Positions 1 through 12,629 of a DNA stretch of 37,020 nt are shown in pieces. The stretch is from Octopus bimaculoides (taxonomy: Eukaryota): contig NC_068991.1 in assembly GCF_001194135.2 (NCBI RefSeq), forward strand, positions 64,270,094 to 64,307,113, in the 5' to 3' direction. Every line of letters begins with the position of its first letter. The first letter of the stretch is position 1. Both the position numbers and the translations under genes were made by a program. The notes under the pieces were generated by a model. It searched no databases and was not told where the DNA came from. It was given only the letters and a program-made list of their open reading frames with translations.

Positions 1-78
<78 letters not shown>

Positions 79-135
79 TGGGTGCGTGTGTGTGTGTGTG
101 TGTATATATACATATATATATATATATGTGTATGT

Positions 136-173
<38 letters not shown>

Positions 174-233
174 ATATATATATATATACGAATACATACT
201 AATACACACACACACATGTATATATATATAGTT
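1..233. repeat. Compound (TA)n/(TG)n microsatellite
   Basis: Directly visible dinucleotide runs; they explain the CVCV/YIYI ORFs. Confidence 0.97.
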
Positions 234-249
234 TTAAGTTACATCTAGC

Positions 250-665
250 GGATGCTCTGGGAAATATCGACAGTGAGGTTTCTGGGCTTTCAGAGAGTTT
301 CGGATGTTTCAGCCTCAGAATCTCTCACCCAGTGAACCCAGACGAGGCTGATGAATTTTCGGATTGAATCTCAGTTGCAGTAAACTGTGGTTTTCTGTGC
401 ACCTCTGAGGTCGCATTCATTTTACTTCACGATCACCAGTTTGGTGAAATTTGCGATGATCACTAGGTCTGGGCGGATCGTTGTTGGTACAGTGTGATAT
501 TGGATCCACCTTCAGTTTCCAGTCTGGGGCAGTGCAAAGAAGATGGTTGTTGAAGTTCCAATGAATTGGACTTCTCTCCAGCCCTGAGAAAAGTGACGGG
601 CTATTACCTTGGGGGTATTTACTAAGCTGCATAGCTGTAGATGTCACCTTCACAACCACCCTGAG
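250..665 (-). mobile_element. Degenerate C-terminal fragment of an RLE-type (HERO/R2-group) non-LTR retrotransposon
   Basis: Minus-strand frames give, in order and with frameshifts, VTFLRAGEK, LLCTAPDWKLKVD, TVPTTIRPDLVIIANFTKLVIV and MNATSEVHRK. This follows the HERO-type pattern FV(K/R)AGEK...LL.TA.DW.L.VDL...T.LRPD(I/L)V......++ELT.P.E.N..EAHERK (PD-(D/E)xK endonuclease). Confidence 0.7.
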
Positions 666-667
666 GT

Positions 668-761
668 ACATAATACATATACATAATATACGTACATACA
701 TAAATACATATACATACATATACATACATAAATACATATACATACATACATATACATACAT

Positions 762-818
<57 letters not shown>
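668..818. repeat. (TACA)n/(CA)n microsatellite
   Basis: Visible tandem units, ending at an assembly gap. Confidence 0.95.
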
Positions 819-1150
819 NNNNNNNNNNNNNNNNNNNNNNNNNNNNNNNNNNNNNNNNNNNNNNNNNNNNNNNNNNNNNNNNNNNNNNNNNNNNNNNNNN
901 NNNNNNNNNNNNNNNNNNNNNNNNNNNNNNNNNNNNNNNNNNNNNNNNNNNNNNNNNNNNNNNNNNNNNNNNNNNNNNNNNNNNNNNNNNNNNNNNNNNN
1001 NNNNNNNNNNNNNNNNNNNNNNNNNNNNNNNNNNNNNNNNNNNNNNNNNNNNNNNNNNNNNNNNNNNNNNNNNNNNNNNNNNNNNNNNNNNNNNNNNNNN
1101 NNNNNNNNNNNNNNNNNNNNNNNNNNNNNNNNNNNNNNNNNNNNNNNNNN
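819..1150. other. Assembly gap (others at 17915-17924, 22848-22884, 23427-23436, 24608-25538, 27952-28053, 30929-31146)
   Basis: N runs, nearly all flanked by (TA)n, (CA)n, (GA)n or poly-C, typical of short-read assembly breaks. Confidence 0.98.
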
Positions 1151-1187
<37 letters not shown>

Positions 1188-1849
1188 ATGGAGGGTTATG
1201 TTTGCCATATATAAGATGAACAGGATCAGATATCATGTTAATCTGATATATGTGTCTCTATCTAAGAAGAATGTATTGATAACTACTTGTTTTGTTCTGT
1301 ACCAGAAAATGAACACACAAAAAGTAAATATGCATACGTATATAGATACATATTTTTGTATGTGTTAATGTTCGTGCATATAATAGTGTGTATAGCGTTT
1401 GGGTGTTTGGGTGTATGTATGTGTATGTTTATATGTTTTTCTGTATCAGTGTGTTCGTGTAAGTATAGTCAAATATTTGCATTGTGTTGTTTATGGTAGA
1501 GAAACTATCTTCATGCTTTAACTATTAACGGGCTTTGAAATACGCAGGACAGAACATTTAGAATTATCCGCCTACTTGTTAGATCAAAACAAGAAATCTT
1601 TCGTATCTTCATGAATGATTCTGCGTAAGTTTTTTTTTTAATCTTTTTTTTTCTTATTTTTCAAAGCGATACCATCTGACAATAACATTGACGACGATGT
1701 TGTTACTTTATATACAAATTGTGTCTTGTAGAAGACATAAATATATATAGCATATAAATATATTTGGTAGTGTTGTTGTTAAGAACAACTGTTGAGCACG
1801 CTGTCATTTCGATTTTTTCATTCTGCCTTTTTTTTTATCGCTATTACAA

Positions 1850-2062
1850 TTGTGGTGGTGGTAGTGGCGGTGGTGGTTTTTGTTGTGGTGTTTATACTTG
1901 TGTGGTGCTGGTAATGCTGCTGGTTGTGGAAATGGTGATACTGGTGAAGTTTGTGTGGCTTTAGTGGTGGTACTAATGGAGAATGTGATTATCAATGATG
2001 GTGGTGGTAGTGGCGGTGGTTGCAGTGGTGTTAGTGGTGGGGACGGCAGTGGTAGCACAGGT
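1850..2062. repeat. GGT/GTG-rich low-complexity tract
   Basis: Imperfect (GGT)n/(AGT)n triplets. Confidence 0.85.
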
Positions 2063-2251
2063 GATGACAGATCCCCATCGCTGTACAACGAGGATTCAGT
2101 TGTTTAATCAGCCAAAAAAAATTGTTTATCAATTAGCGTGTAAATGGCTGAGTATTCCTTAGAGACGCGCATTTATCATATCAGTGTGATGTTGTGAGTG
2201 ACAAGACTGTATCTTCTGAATTACAGATAAGTTTTTCCCGACGGGGTACTT

Positions 2252-2386
2252 AGTAGTTTCCGTCTACCCAATTTTACTCACTCACAAGGTATGAACACAC
2301 CCAAGTCTACTAAAAAAGACATTTTCTGAACCTAAGAATTCGTGGTCACGAAGGGAACTTCTTCCACATTCGGCCGTTATGCGCTC
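2252..2386 (-). mobile_element. tRNA-derived SINE family B, degenerate 5' half
   Basis: agtttccgtctacc...actcacaagg...gaacc...gtggt...cttc matches the reverse strand of an octopus SINE head as I recall it; related to the copy at 5807. Confidence 0.5.
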
Positions 2387-3049
2387 ATATCTACAATGGC
2401 TTTTATTCTCTTGAAATTCTTAACTTTTTCTTGCAAACGGTTATCGAATAAAAAAAACATTCGTTCCACGCTTATCTTCTCCCTCACCCTCGCTCTGTCT
2501 TACTTGCCAGATCTCGGATAATTCTCTTCGCCCAGTCAATATTCTTCAGAACGGCGAACTGGAATTCATTCCTGACTCGCGGTGTTCCTACCAATATTGG
2601 TACCCATGAGCAAGTCGGTTACCAAACACTGTGAACGAAGATGCACGTTATTTCGAAGAATGCGAATACATGATTTTCTATAGGAAAATAAATAAGTCAG
2701 TAAATACAGACTTATTTTTAGAAATTGAATATTAAACGTAAAACTTATACGCGCAAAATCTTGCCATTGCGGAATGTGCAGTACCGATTGTAGTAGTCTG
2801 GGAGTCAAAGAAATCTTAGACTCTCAACAACAATGGAAACTGAACTATTCAAAATCATTAACATAGAATATATTTACGATTTCAAATATCAACAATATGG
2901 CCGAAGTAAATGACATGAAATAAGCGTTCTGCATACTCTGCAGAGTTAAAATAAATAGCTTATAATCTGGTATACGTAATACTGAAGTTAACCAAGTAAC
3001 TGGCAAAGCCGCGGTCATATTCCAGAAAATGTGCGCTATCTGCTCCTCC

Positions 3050-3490
3050 ATTACCATCATGCTGTACTGTAAGAGTATACACTATCAACAGTTCATTGAG
3101 GAATGAGTAACGTGAAAATCGATAGAAATCTAGATGTCCTCACCCAAAGATGCTTGAAAGAGTTTCTGAGTATTTACTGGCAAGACAACATAATAAATGA
3201 AGACATTTTAAAGAGAGCCAACACAGGAACAGTTAGTGAAAAAATTAAAACTAGAAGGTTAGATACTCGTTACGAAACAGTGATTATTTTTAAATGGCTT
3301 TCATTTAAAATAAACGACCGAAACGAGAAACAATGGAAAATCGAAAACACATGGTGCTGAACATTTAGGAAAGACACGAAAGAGGCCAATATTACATGGC
3401 TGGAAGTAGAGAAAGTCGTAACCATGAGAAACCAGTGCCTTCAAATTACTGTTCCGTGTGCTAAAGAGCACAGGAGGAATTGAAATGAGT
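3050..3490 (+). mobile_element. RTE-clade LINE, 5'-truncated 3' fragment
   Basis: One frame reads LDVLTQRCLKEFLSIYWQDNIINEDILKRANTGTVSEKIKTRR...NTWC*TFRKDTKEANITWLEVEKV...CAKEHRRN*. This matches the post-RT RTE motif (RCLRRIL.I.WQD.I.NEEVL.R...TW.RTF..DL...W). One internal TGA at 3358-3360; terminal stop at 3481-3483. Confidence 0.85.
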
Positions 3491-4081
3491 ATATAATACA
3501 AGGTCAAAAGCATCAATGGTGTATGGTCTCGCAAATGCCATAAAATAAGCTGAGAAACGTAATGAAGTTATCCAAGCAGGTACTAAACAAGAACTCCATC
3601 CGGAATGTTTAAAATCTAAAAAGAAAGCTATTAAAAGAAATAGCACCCCAAAATGTCGATCAGATCATTTATGTCAAACATCTAAAAGGAGTCTTTGCTT
3701 ACCAATTACTTGGCTAATGTCTGTTGTCTGAATTTGTTCTACACGCTACATTACGTGTGTGAGATCCTAGCACAAATCATTTTAGAGGTTTGTAATCAGA
3801 CCAAATTAAGTAGAATATAGAATAAATGAGGCTCGTGCGTTTTGAATTAGCTGCTATTTTCATGCCAGCTGAAGACGCGCAGGTAAGATAGACTACTTTT
3901 AGAGTTAAGGTTAACTCGATGAGAAAATATCAATTCTCCGTGATATAATAAGATCAATGTTAAAAATATCTTTTGAAATTTAAAGTATAAATAGCGAAAC
4001 TGTAATAGTCAGACGAGACAACATATATTTTCATTATACTGTAGTATACATACATACATACCTACATACATACATATATAT

Positions 4082-4112
<31 letters not shown>

Positions 4113-5032
4113 TATGCACATGCACATGCACATACCCATATGTATGCATGTATGTATGTATGATATGCATATAACAGAAATACACTGCCTTCAGTGTTGC
4201 GGCCACAATATAGAAGAAAGATCAAGGCTTTAGTCAATTATACTAACCACAGTATTAACTTCAATATGATACTACGTATATATATATGAATGTGTGTGTG
4301 CGTTTGTGCACAACGTATCACATTGTGTGTATGTGTATCTGTGTGTGTGTGAGAGAAAGAAAGCGTGGTGGGAGGGAACCGTGAAATTCATATATTTTTC
4401 AAATATTGATTTCTGCGATAAAAAAAAGATAACGAAAGGCTACAAAACGTTAAAAACATAAAAAAAACCCACCATGGCTCGGAGACGTTATAGCTTGCGT
4501 TTCAATGGCGCAGATCTTTTCTTTCTAGTTAGTAATCGGAAGACAACACACACATAATATTCCACATTGTTTTTCAGATATGCAATCAGCGTTAAAATAT
4601 TTTTTTGCTCAGAAACGAATAGTTAGTTTTCTTTTTCAAAAATAGCCATAATGAAGATTAAAAAATGTACTCAGACGTTTATATCTTAATTTGTTTGCTC
4701 GACTAATTCCGCTTCAAATTATACTGTCTTGAAAATTATGCATCTCCAATAATATTGTCTAAGAAATCGGACATTTTTATAACAGTAAATCATATTGTCA
4801 GTCAATTTGTTCTTTTAAAGTCAACAACAGCTGGCATCAACTTATAATGGCTACCATATAAATCATTTATTAAAAAAAGTAACACGTATCTCTTTTCAAA
4901 CTTATCGCTACTTAAAGCAGCTAGTAATAGCTTCTATAGAGAGTATATGCGTGATACGTTGGGTACAACGTGCATCTGCCTACACACGCATATGTATATT
5001 CTTCCATAAACACATATATGAATGGTTATATA

Positions 5033-5068
<36 letters not shown>

Positions 5069-5342
5069 TATGTATGCGTGTGAGTGTGTGGAGTAATCCT
5101 CCAATTAACCGTGATTTCTTCATTTTGCCTCTTATTCTCTTATAATACGAATTTCTTGAAATTCTTCTGAGCGATATTTAGATTTCCTCTCATACATGAA
5201 GAATAACCTTGGATGTTAATCCTACTCGCATTTATTATTATCTGTTCGCTTGATATAGTTAGCCAAATTCATTTAACACTAAGTGCTTCATAGGTATCTG
5301 CCTGGATCAAACCTTTTTTACTTCTTATACATACATACTTAT

Positions 5343-5375
<33 letters not shown>

Positions 5376-5393
5376 GAGACATATATATATATA

Positions 5394-5440
<47 letters not shown>

Positions 5441-5806
5441 TCTCAAAGTACAATACGGTGCTAGACGTAATCATTAAAGCCAAATCAACACTGGTTCTGA
5501 ATTCGATTTTATCAAATCACTTAATAAGCAAAGAGACCTATAGGCAATTAGTTAATTTCAGTCTCGAAGTCACGACATCCTACCGATGTATTTAGCTTCT
5601 GCAATTCAAATCTACTGGTGATAAAAAATTACAATCTACGTATTATTTCTGAAAAACGCCAAAGCATATTTGACAAGTAAGATGTAAATAGCGTTCACTT
5701 TAAAAACCGATTCCCTTATCTCAACAATCCTTAAGCATGGTACCTAAATACCGTTTGCAAAGTTGAGGCACAAGAAATGTATAAGCATGAACATGGCATG
5801 TATTCA

Positions 5807-6232
5807 GGTGCGGACATAGGTGTGAAGGCAAGGAGCGCAATTTGTAACCACGTGGTTTCATATGCTGTCCTACACTGCAGCACCTTGGGAAAATGTCTTC
5901 TACTTCGCTTCCAGGTGAGTGTTTGTGTGTGCGTTTGTGTGTGTATGCATCTCTGTGTCTGTCCTTTCCATTATTTGACAAGTGGTGTTGATCTGTTTAC
6001 GTCCCCTAAATTTGCAACGCTCGGCAGAAGAAATCGATAGAATAAGCACCAAATTCAAAAGATAAGTACTGAGGTCAATGTTTTCGATTCTAAGCCAGGC
6101 ATAGACAAACTTTGGGTCAGGTGAGTCGCATGAGACATGACTCATCATCAGGCGGACACCTAATAAGGTGCTATTCAGAAATTTGCTCAAGGCGATGATA
6201 CAGCACGGGATCAGACCAATGGCTGAAACACG
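5807..6232 (+). mobile_element. tRNA-derived SINE family B (central caccttggg..aa.tgtctt box, internal (TG)n), interrupted by an insertion
   Basis: Head, caccttgggaaaatgtcttctac box, internal TG repeat, gtttacgtcccc...cggcagaag...gatagaataag and aaggcg...cagca...tggctgaaaca end; colinear with the copies at 20470 and 22894. Confidence 0.65.
6096..6192. mobile_element. Possible short hAT-type MITE inserted in the SINE B copy
   Basis: Begins caggcatagacaaact (hAT/Charlie-like TIR); internal hairpin tgagtc/gactca; right TIR only partly recognisable (atttgctca). Confidence 0.3.
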
Positions 6233-6234
6233 TT

Positions 6235-6320
6235 GCAAAGTCGACCTCGGCGATATTTGAACGTAAATACAGAATAAATGCCGCTAAGCATTTTGCTCGG
6301 CGTGCAAGCTCGCCCGCCTT
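6235..6320 (-). mobile_element. tRNA-derived SINE family A, 5' fragment
   Basis: gcaaagtcgacctcggcg..atttgaac...aaatgccgctaagcattttgc.cggcgtgc...gcctt is the reverse complement of the head of the 9495/9718 copies. Confidence 0.75.
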
Positions 6321-8427
6321 AGTAAACTGAAATATACTGATATGCAATCTAAATTCTGCTGTCCTGAGTAAGCAATAACTAAATGAACAAATGAAATAAA
6401 ATACAATAGCTGAATAATGATTTCAGTGAACAAATTATCTGAAATGCTATCCATCGCATATCTTATCTTCTTGTAAACTCCTGTTTTGCGTACTTAATAC
6501 CAGTGTATTAAAGTACGAATGACAGTGAAGAAAAGCCGGATGTCAAAGTTGGTGTCAATAAAAACTTACCGCAAAACATTACATGAAGACGCGATATAGT
6601 TTAAAACATATCTACGAAGTTATACCTTAAGTGATATGGCCGGGCATTATTATTTCTAATAGATTTGAATTTTTTAGAAGTCTCACATTATAAGATAGAA
6701 TAGCAGCGGGACCTTGATGATTGAATTGAATTTACCCAATAGACAAAGTAAACAACACATTTTGTATCGTTATGGAGGAATGGAAACGAATGCTGATTTT
6801 AATAGGATTTGAACACACAATGAAAGGGGAGAAACCAAAATCTGGAATGAATTTATTTCTCTAACATTAAGAAGGGTGTTCAGTGAGAGGTGAAGAAGTA
6901 AATTAGATCTTAATAAAAGTTAGTGAAATCATGCTTGGTTGGTTAACGATGTTTTTGACATGTTCGCAGTATATTTCCCCGGAGACAACAAAATATCTTG
7001 TTTCAAAATATGCCTAACATAGAAAGGTCGTCATTGAAGGTTCTCAGTTACTGATTGAAACATTAAATTTAACTCACTTGTCGAAAGTACCAACTGTGTG
7101 ACAGAACATGAAAAATACCGACCCAATCGATGTTTTATGGTCGGCTGCATTGAAATTAATGTTTAATGAATATATTTTTGAAACATTCGTCCTTTTCTGG
7201 TTGGTAAACAACGGAAGATAGCCAAATGAATACATATCATGTGTCCATTTCGAAAATGGAAAAATATCCAAATAAACACACCTCTAAATTGTTGTATCTT
7301 AATAGATAGAGAAATGTGGTCTTTATGTTGGCAACGAATCAAAACTGAAATTAGAATCTATAGATTAAATCTACAAATTAGCATCAGACTTTCATTGAAA
7401 AGAATGCCATCATCTGTCTTTCTCTTCTTTTTTTTTATCTCCCAAGAGATTTGTAGTCTCGTCTATTAGAGGAAAAGATAAAGCAATTTTAAATTTAATC
7501 ACCACTCAACATAAGTAACACAGTTAAATGTGTTACTTGCTAAGCACAGCTTGTCCCGACCTGAGTAATATAAAAAATCTAATTAGATAGGTATATGGAT
7601 AGATATGTAGGAGGAGTGATCGAAAGATCGATACATACATACATACATTCATACATGCGCACACGCGCACACATATATATACGTGCATACATCCCGATGA
7701 TTAGTAGATGGGTTGGCAGGTAGGTAGGTACGAAGAGCGGTACATTAGATAGACATTTTCCGTCTTGTCAAAGATATATTACTTTGACAGATTTTAGACT
7801 ACATTTATGTATTTTTTTTTTTACATTTAGAAGATTGTTTGTTTTTGTTTCTTTATTAATGTTTAAAAAAAGAACACAAACAACTCATAAAGCTAACAAT
7901 TAACAACTGTACACAGATATTGAAATGGAAATTCAGACGATAATAAAAAAATTTTAAAAAAATTAGTGTTTTAAGACTTAGCTGTCTTCGAGGAAATATC
8001 ATGTCATAAAAACATTTTTAAAATGAATGAACGAACGGAGTAGTAAATACGGTTCAATAAAAAAAAACAGTTTAATGTGACAGAGTACATAATTATATAT
8101 TTTTTGTGGCTTTTTTAAATCCCCTGCATTCATCAACGATTTGATTTACTTACGAAATGCTTGGTACTCTGAAGTGATTGTTAAATCTCAGTCGCAATGT
8201 CTTGTTTACATCCCAGTACGAAATTAAAATTATGGAGGCCAATTGCAAATAAAAAACAAGACAAAATCTTAACAACTCTTGTTATTGTTTAGCCTTATAC
8301 CAATGCAAACTGAACACACATACCCTTTGAAAATACAGTAATTGTCAAGGTAGCACAAACAAATGAAAAGACACATGGTCTTTGTTAGTGCAACCTCGCT
8401 GATGATAATAATAATAATAATGATGAT

Positions 8428-8754
<327 letters not shown>

Positions 8755-8960
8755 TCTTCCTACAATAGACACAAGGCCTGCAATTTTTGGGGAGGAGACC
8801 AGTCGATTACATCGAATCAGCTATTCTACTGGTACTTATTTTATAAACTTCGAAATGATGAAAGGCGAAGTTGACCTTGGTGGAATGCAAATTCAGAAAT
8901 TAAAACCAGAAGAAATGTACAAAGCATTTTGTCCGGCGTCCAAAAGATTGTACCTGCCCA
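8755..8960 (-). mobile_element. SINE family A, older near-full-length copy
   Basis: actggtacttatttt...gatgaaaggcgaagttgaccttgg...aaagcattttgtccggcg, colinear with the other copies. Confidence 0.8.
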
Positions 8961-9090
8961 TTTCCTTTAGGGGCTTACTAGTCACTTTTCTCTGTCTTCT
9001 AGGGGTATTTACCCGATTGTCTAAGGTGTTTTCCACAGTCTTTCTGCGATCGAGAATACCTTTATTTTCTGTAGTATAGCAGTAGTAATA

Positions 9091-9232
9091 ATCCTTTCAA
9101 TAGGTTTTCTGTAGGCACCAAGGCCTTAAATTCTGCGGAGAAGGAACTAGCTGATTACAGCGATCCAAATATTTGACTTGTACTCATTTCATCAACCCCA
9201 TCCCAGAAAGTTAAGACGGATGAAAAACCGAC
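9091..9232 (-). mobile_element. SINE family A, deleted/degenerate copy
   Basis: aataatcctttc tail, aggcaccaaggcctt, gtactcatttcatcaacccc, then cagaaagttaagacgga. Confidence 0.6.
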
Positions 9233-9361
9233 AGTAGTAGTAGTAGTAGTAGTATAACAACAGCAACTAACACTGCTCATGGAAATTCTAGGTAATTTTT
9301 GTAAGATATACAATTATCGGAAACTTCATAAAGGAACATGAAATAGACAATTTCTTTTGAC

Positions 9362-9936
9362 AAGGCGGCGAGCTGGCAGAGACGTTAGCACGCCGGGCGA
9401 AATGCTTCATCCTTCGAGGTCGATTAACTAAGTACCAGCTGCTCCACTCCCCCAAATTTCGGGCTTTGTGTCTAGAATAGAAACGAATACTTCTGAGGCG
9501 GCGAGCTAGCAGAAACGTTAGCACACAGGGCGAAATGCTTAGCGGTATTTCGTCTGTCTTTACGTTCCGAGTTCGAATTCCACCGAGGTCGACTTTGCTT
9601 TTCATACTTTCGGGGGTCTATAAATTAAGAACCAGATGCGTACTGGGTTCGATCTAATCGACTGGCTCCTCCTCCAAACTTTCGGGCTTTTCGCCTAGAT
9701 TAGAAACGAATACTTTTAAGGCGGTGAGGTGGCAGAAACGTTAGCACACAGGGCGAAATGCTTAGCGGTATTTCGTCTGTCTTTATATTCTGAGTTCCAA
9801 TTCCGCCGAGGTTGACTTTGCTTTTCATCCTTTCGAGATCGAAAAGCTAAGTACCAGATGCGTATTGGGGTCGATCTAATCGACTGGCTCCTCCCTCAAA
9901 ATTTCGGCCTTTGTGCCTAGAGTAGAAAAGAATAAT
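9362..9936 (+). mobile_element. Three head-to-tail SINE family A copies (9362-9494 deleted, 9495-9717, 9718-9936)
   Basis: Each starts (a/g)aggcgg.gag.t.gcaga.acgttagcac. Copies 2 and 3 have a 223-bp period, a B-box (gagttcgaattcc / gagttccaattcc) and the tttcat.ctttcg...aag.accag domain. Confidence 0.9.
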
Positions 9937-11280
9937 TTCTTTTGAAATTGCGTTTTATATTTGAGATTGTATAAAATTCGTTTAGAACATTTAGTCTTGA
10001 CACAACAGAATATTGTACTTTACTTTACAGGTGTCACCTTTTCTACCTTGCTATTTATTATATATCATTTTTTTTTACCAATAAGTTTAAACGTAAACGC
10101 TCTCAAGACAGATCTACATACAGACTTCCAGAAGAAGACCGTGGTTCACTTCGGCATTAACATTGTGGCTATTTCAATAAGATTTTTGAAAACGAATTGA
10201 AAGAATACTGATTATTGGAAGCGCTTTGAACGCTCTTCTTCAATATGGACGGAATCGAAGTCACTATCTCTCTATGACATAAATAACAGTGTAGCAATAA
10301 CTATCGGGTCTTTTTAGAAGGAGCGTCTAAGACTATATTATCTAATGTGCCATTTCCCTCCTTTTAAATAACATTTGAGGGAGATGTGGCTGTTATTTCT
10401 TGCATGCCGATCAACCAACGCATACAGCTCAGCCGCCGCCTTGCTATTTACAAGAAAATATACTAAAATATAGACATATGTTCTAGTAATGAGAGATCAG
10501 AATGCTTCGCAAAATATCGGAAATATGTATTACCGAACTGTCAGAGCTAATACATAATGAGTATTATTTTTGTATTTATTTATATTTAATCAAGTTGAAC
10601 AGAGGAAGGCAAACAATATTTGTAATCATTTCTTTTCTTTCTAGACACTCTCATGATATGATTCTAGAAGATATTGATCAACAACTTTATTGTTTTTCTC
10701 GCTCTTATGAAAGCAGTAAATTTAATTAAGGTATACAATGTGTTCCTTTCTTTCTCTGGATTTTTTTCTGTATTCATAGCGTGACAACCGAGTTTCGCGC
10801 GGCCAGAAAAATGGAAAAGAAAATTGATGCATTACAATATTTTCTTTGCCTCTTTTGTTTCATTATATTTTGTGTTATTTATTTTCGCTCAAAGATCTCA
10901 TGACAGTAATAGACGTATATATTCCTTAGTCAGTAAATATAATATGCATCCATGAATAAAAGCGCACACATATACATATATTTGAATATGTGTGTGCTCA
11001 TATGTTCGAATTTTAAAAGCCATAAATTATTACTAAATGCATATTCATCAACTTATTATATGCTGGGTTTCACACTTATTCACATAGACCTTTCAGTATA
11101 AGCTGTGTGAAAAATGGAGATATCAAACTATGAGTATTGCCAAGCTGATTGTTGTTTCAATTTCGAATACATTAATACATATAGATACGTACATGCCTCA
11201 GAAACACACGCATGGATGAAGACCATACCACTTTTGTAGACATATTTCCAAATTATCTACGCGTGGTAACACTATCGCAT

Positions 11281-11337
<57 letters not shown>

Positions 11338-11352
11338 TGCACACACACACAC
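11281..11352. repeat. (CA)n microsatellite
   Basis: Visible run. Confidence 0.95.
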
Positions 11353-12629
11353 GGCCATACAACTAACACCATATTACTAACAACTTGAACTTTTCTGCTT
11401 ACGCACAGTTGTCAACGGCTATTAAGAGCTATTTTAGCATAGCTTGTGTTTATATATCGATAGACCTTCTATTTCCTTGGTAAGTCGAAAATATTATGAT
11501 GTCCTAACTATCGGCAATATTTATAGCGATTTCAAAAAACGTTGGATTTGGTAATGTCATAAATCCTGGTGTATGTTATTATGAAATCACAAAATACAAC
11601 TTCAATTAGAACTCTGCCACTTATCAGATTGTAGTCTTCAGACAATGCCTTACTGACTGTATAATCATTGTAATAGAAAATTATTCAAATTAATCTCAAT
11701 ATGGAGGCAACAAGATTAAAGTCTGTAAATTACTTTCAACATGTTTTCTTTGTTAATTCACTCTATCACCTAAATTAATTTACTTAAAAAAGACAAACAA
11801 TTAACTGAATTTAATACTACAATCTAAGATGTTTCTTTGTCATTTCTCGTAATTATCGCAAACATATTCAATTTACTATGTGTATACTATGTACTGCACT
11901 AAATAAATATTCCCAACTAAATACATTAGGAAAACTGAAAGAAAACTTCAATTATGACAAACAAATTATTTTCTCTAATATTTCTGTGATTCGCTTATGT
12001 GCTAATACAATTTACAATACTAACTTATTAATTAATATTTCATTTTGTAGAATTAGTCAACATAGAGCATAACTAAATACAACTGTATCCCGGTAAATAG
12101 GCAATTTTACAGATTTTAGATATTTCAGAGATTTCGTTTTGTGCATGTTGTTTACTCAAAAGAGAAAGTGTCATTAGATTATCTGAGTTCTATCTTTTTT
12201 ATTTATGTAAGTATTTGTTTTAGCAATTGAAAGTTTATTCGCAATTTTTCTTCATTAAAACATTCTTGAGGTTTTTCTGTTTGCATAATTCTTCAAAATT
12301 AACGTAATTTTCGTGATCCCTTCTTGATTACCTCATTTTACCGAGGGTTAATTGTTATTGTGAATGGGAACAAAATCTAATCACTAGTTTCTTTTTGATA
12401 TATAGGAACTTTTTGCATATAAATATAAATCACAAACACCCTGTTAAATGAAATAGCAGAAACTAAGAAATCTACTGGTAGGTTACTATTGAACAATGTA
12501 TAATCAATTTTCTATCTTAAATTTCAGTTGGGGAACTTTCTTTTACTATTTTTTCACTTACTTTATGGGTGATGCATGTGACCTTATTGTAAAAATGGAT
12601 GCATGCTCTCGCTCTCTGTTTATATTATT

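Noticed and set aside
345-385. CTGATGA followed by a UUCG hairpin (hammerhead-like)
   Set aside because: GAAT instead of GAAA, no stem I, and it lies within the HERO-like remnant.
7074-7271. Minus-strand ORF ending ...GTFDK followed by gtgagt, reminiscent of the calmodulin exon-4 end (VFDK|gt)
   Set aside because: The preceding residues are not an EF-hand helix (no EAFR), and the donor would be in phase 2 rather than 0.
6489-7538. Short hairpins at 6489-6517 (12 bp with one bulge) and 7513-7538 (10 bp)
   Set aside because: AT-rich, isolated, and within plausible chance frequency for 37 kb.
9362-9936. Regularly spaced repeats that could be mistaken for a CRISPR array, or tRNA genes from the A/B boxes
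   Set aside because: The units are whole about 220-bp SINEs with no unique spacers; the heads lack a complete cloverleaf and continue into SINE body.
10793-10802. Canonical E2F octamer TTTCGCGC
   Set aside because: An isolated 8-mer in AT-rich DNA with no promoter context.
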